A stretch of DNA of 64,000 bases, from NCBI GenBank assembly GCA_012295275.1, contig CM022672.1, forward strand, positions 12,028,001 to 12,092,000. Direction: 5' to 3'. The DNA comes from Chrysomallon squamiferum. Its lineage: Eukaryota > Animalia > Mollusca. The notes under the pieces are model-generated. The model was not told where the DNA came from, did not search any database, and worked only from the letters and a program-made list of their open reading frames with translations. The position numbers were made by a program, and so were the translations under genes. How positions within the stretch are numbered: position 1 is the stretch's first letter; each line of letters begins with the position of its first letter. This document shows, piece after piece, positions 60,480 through 64,000 of this stretch.

Positions 60480-60569
60480 AATGTCCTTTGTTGAATCATA
60501 ATTTATTTAAAAAACGAAATTAATGTCCTTTGTTGAATCATAATTTATTTAAAAAACGAAATTAATGTC
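60480..60569 (+). repeat. Perfect 42-bp tandem duplication
   Basis: aatgtcctttgttgaatcataatttatttaaaaaacgaaatt, two copies. Confidence 0.9.
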
Positions 60570-60572
60570 ATG

Positions 60573-60604
<32 letters not shown>

Positions 60605-61275
60605 CAAAAACAGTAATATAATGAATCACGAGTGAGGCAGGCAGGCTGTGACGGGCACTGATTGAATAAACACTGTTATCTGTGACGTCAAGTGACTATA
60701 TCGCGGTGTAATAACCGTCACGCTGTGATGTATCTGAAATGACTTTAATATTTATTTTGTTCTCTAGGTTTGGTACCCGTTTCTGTGTTAACAAATGGCG
60801 AAAAAAATTACGTTAAATGAATAAAGACAGAAGAAAGTAAATTTGGAAGTAAAAAATATATATTTTATCAAACTTTACAATTTATTTTTTATAATTATTT
60901 TCTTTCTTTTTTTGTTTTGTTTTTTTTCTTTTTAAAGCTAATCCTAAACTCCAACATTATTATTATTATTATTAGTAGTAGTAGTATTTTAAAATTATTT
61001 CGGGTATTCTTCGTTTATAGAAAAAAAAAAAACCGGTTTACATTTCTTTAGATTGTTTTGTTTTGTTTGTCTGACACAGCAAAAAATTCTCATCAGTTAA
61101 TTATTTTGTCTCGCATCTTTTCAATTTCAAAACATGTTGTGAGTGTGATTTTTCTTCTCATCATATTATTATTATATTAAAAAATTTAAATCGAACACTG
61201 AAATGGCCACATCAGTTCGTATCGACCAAAAACGTTCGTGGATTTTGTTCGCTTTGCTGTTTTACTTTCACTCAC

Positions 61276-61450
61276 CTTAAGCGTAGCTTAGAACAATTCC
61301 GCAACTATTCCAAAACAAAGCGACCGTACAGTTTACATCTATATTTCAGTTATTACATATGTAAATATCCTGTCCACTTGACTGCCCGGATTTCTTAGTT
61401 ACAGTACGCCAGCTTCTCCACACTTTGACTGATTCCACTGTTCACGCATA
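61276..61450 (-). other. Probable non-coding first exon of the NRF-6 gene
   Basis: CpG-rich patch ending in a strong donor AAG|gtgagt at 61276/61275. A matching acceptor aatcag lies at 56030-56028, just upstream of the ATG. The 5' end is approximate. Confidence 0.5.
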
Positions 61451-61798
61451 AATAACAGTCCAAAGCTGTCCATAACCTTCACCTTACATTTCCATAATAG
61501 TGACCTGTTACTAACGTTTCGTTCGCTTTATCTTCTTAGTGGGGCACTCATTTGTCTGCTTGAACATTATGTGTATGTGTGGGTGTGTGTGTGCGTGTGT
61601 GTGTGTGTGCGTATATTTATTTGTTTATATTAACATATGCGACTGATTAACACTAACAGACACAGCCTATGATAAAGACCGTATCCTACATTACACAACT
61701 GAAATATTAACTGGTCAACCTAGACTGCACAAGACTGCTGAAAAATATAACTGTCAAAATATAAATGATATGTACATAGATTAAAACTGAGAGACATT

Positions 61799-61842
<44 letters not shown>

Positions 61843-62447
61843 TAAATAAATAAATAAAAAGAACAATAATAAAAAGAGAGTAAATATAGATTTAAGCGCA
61901 TTCTCCCATTAATTCAAGAAATGTTTGAAAAACATTGGACGTTTATCACAAACTGAACTTTGCCCTTCCAAGCTAGCCTTCTGTAAAAGAGAACAAACTG
62001 CATATTCATTCCTGACTACGTACCTATAAATGGATAGTAACATAGATACCAACACACGCACGCACTCGCACACATATGTATACATAGGCCTATATATAAT
62101 TCATATATACATTTTTAAATAGATAAACATACGTATCTCCGTATGTACATACACACAGATATTTTATGATTTATATACCGGTGAATATGTCCTTACGTGC
62201 TTTGTTGCCTGTAACCCTTATTCAGATTATGCAGATGAAAAACGAGTGTATTTTAAAAGTGTGAGTTGAAGAATGTATACTATAGTAATTGCCTATAGTT
62301 TTAAAAAGCCACTTTGTGAAACTGCAGTAACCAAATATTAATACAAACCGGTACTGTAGTGTACATTTTACCTTTTCGTTGTTTCTTTTCTTGTTCCTTT
62401 TTTTTTTCTTTCTTTCTTTTTTTTTTTCGTTTCTTTTTTTTTTGTTT

Positions 62448-62479
<32 letters not shown>

Positions 62480-62972
62480 GGTGTGATTTGCTTGTTGTTT
62501 TTGTATTACATATTAATTTAGTTGTACATTTTTTTCGCGTAAATCTTACTGAATTACTGCGTCGTTCCTCTGTATCTGTGGTTTGAGTTCGTGTCAGTTT
62601 CAGGTCGTTGTCATACTTATCTGATTTGTAGTGCAAGCGTTTTTACAGGTCAAAATGAACTATTCAGCGGTGTTTTTTTTTTTTTTAATAAGAAGAAGAA
62701 AAAGAAAAAATATTAATAATTTAAAAGTAAAATCAAATCTAAATAAAAATAAAAATAAAAATAAAAAAAAAAAATAAAAACACAAAAAAGTTTTTTTTGT
62801 TTTTATTTTATTTTACCCCCCAAAAACAGCTAAAATAAAAAATAATGGAGTAGAATATTTGAATAACTGTAACAGTAGTAATAATAAAGTGTAACTAATA
62901 CATATATCAGTGTGTGAGCTATTTGTTAATAATGATTACGTAAAAGGCATGTGTAGCAGCCAGAAAACAACC

Positions 62973-62986
62973 CTGCCCCCTGGTAG
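62973..62986 (-). promoter_or_regulatory. CTCF-like motif
   Basis: The minus strand reads CTACCAGGGGGCAG, one mismatch from the CCACCAGGGGGCAG core, within a CpG-rich patch at 62945-63340. Confidence 0.45.
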
Positions 62987-63428
62987 TTCTCCACTGCGTC
63001 AATCTAAACTGCTTAGGGCCGCAAAAATAAAAGGGATTCTAATATTAAAGTTTAGTTAACGTAGTTTTATTCTGTTATTGATTTATTTAATTTATACCAT
63101 TATTATTATTATTATTATTATCAACCTGGCGGCCTTTTGCACGTGAAAAACGCCCCTGTACGTTAATATAACCTTTGAGCTTAACGAAGATGCCATACGA
63201 TCTTATTATCAGAGCTTTTAGTAATTTCCTAAACAGAAGAAAGACTTTCATACCTCTCTATCCATTAAAACAAATCAGCCGTCGCCGAGTTCACGACCAA
63301 ATGTAACCAGTTTTTAAAAACGTATCCACTGAGAAATCGGCAATAAAGTTGTATGAGTTGGTGTATTAACTAAATCAACTATGAACTATGTGAAGTTAAC
63401 TAAAATTATTATTATTTTTATTTTGCTA

Positions 63429-63459
<31 letters not shown>

Positions 63460-64000
63460 ATGCGCTGCTTTATTTTTCTTTTCTACTGTCTCTGAAATTA
63501 TTTCTAATGCTTTCCCATTCCTTTAACCAAAATATGTACCAAGTCAGAAAAGAAAAGACAAATTACTGACAACTATTACATTTTATTTACTTTATACAAA
63601 TAGATGTTTACAGTTAAGAAAGTATAACAAAACTATACAAAAAATTCCTTAAAATTTATTCAACATTGTAAACTGACCAAGTTGGCAAATAATGAGACAT
63701 TCATACAAATGTTTCCAAATAAATAAATAAATAAGTAAATAAATAAACAAATAAAACAAAGTAACAATATAAAATATACTACATACATTAGTCAAAATTT
63801 AATATTTCATTTAATGTTTTTTTTTTTTTTTTTCTTAAATTTTCCAGAACTTATGAAGCTGGATAACTTGGAGTTAAAAATAATTTCCAGTTTTTATGTT
63901 TAGAAAATGTTTTTTTTTTTAAAAAGAAGAAAAATATATTGATTTGTTAATTATGTCTGAAACAACAGGTTAAGAGAGAATGAGAAAAAATAACATTCTG

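Overview
Very AT-rich, microsatellite-rich, intron-containing animal genomic DNA. A mollusc-like invertebrate is my inference from gene content and repeats, not something I can prove. Five complete spliced protein-coding genes can be assembled with consistent exon phases: (1) a 110-aa single-TM RING-H2 E3 of the RNF24/RNF122 type (+, 3957-5758), absent from the supplied ORF track; (2) RNF103 (+, 10739-13996); (3) V-ATPase subunit B (+, 14 exons, 18915-29332); (4) a YfeX-like dye-decolorizing peroxidase, DyP (-, 9 exons, 40753-34880); (5) an NRF-6/O-acyltransferase-like gene (-, 15 coding exons, 55990-46290). A sixth, poorly resolved minus-strand gene probably runs off the left edge. The most interesting item is the DyP: a mainly bacterial/fungal heme peroxidase family, here intron-split, with all catalytic residues and a bipartite mitochondrial-presequence plus TM leader. 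Other notable items: CLEAR/M-box motifs at the V-ATPase and DyP starts, a B1-like PDZ tail on V-ATPase B, a uORF cluster on RNF103, a perfect 95-bp inverted repeat, and minisatellites built from splice signals. Most short ORFs in the supplied track are microsatellite artefacts.
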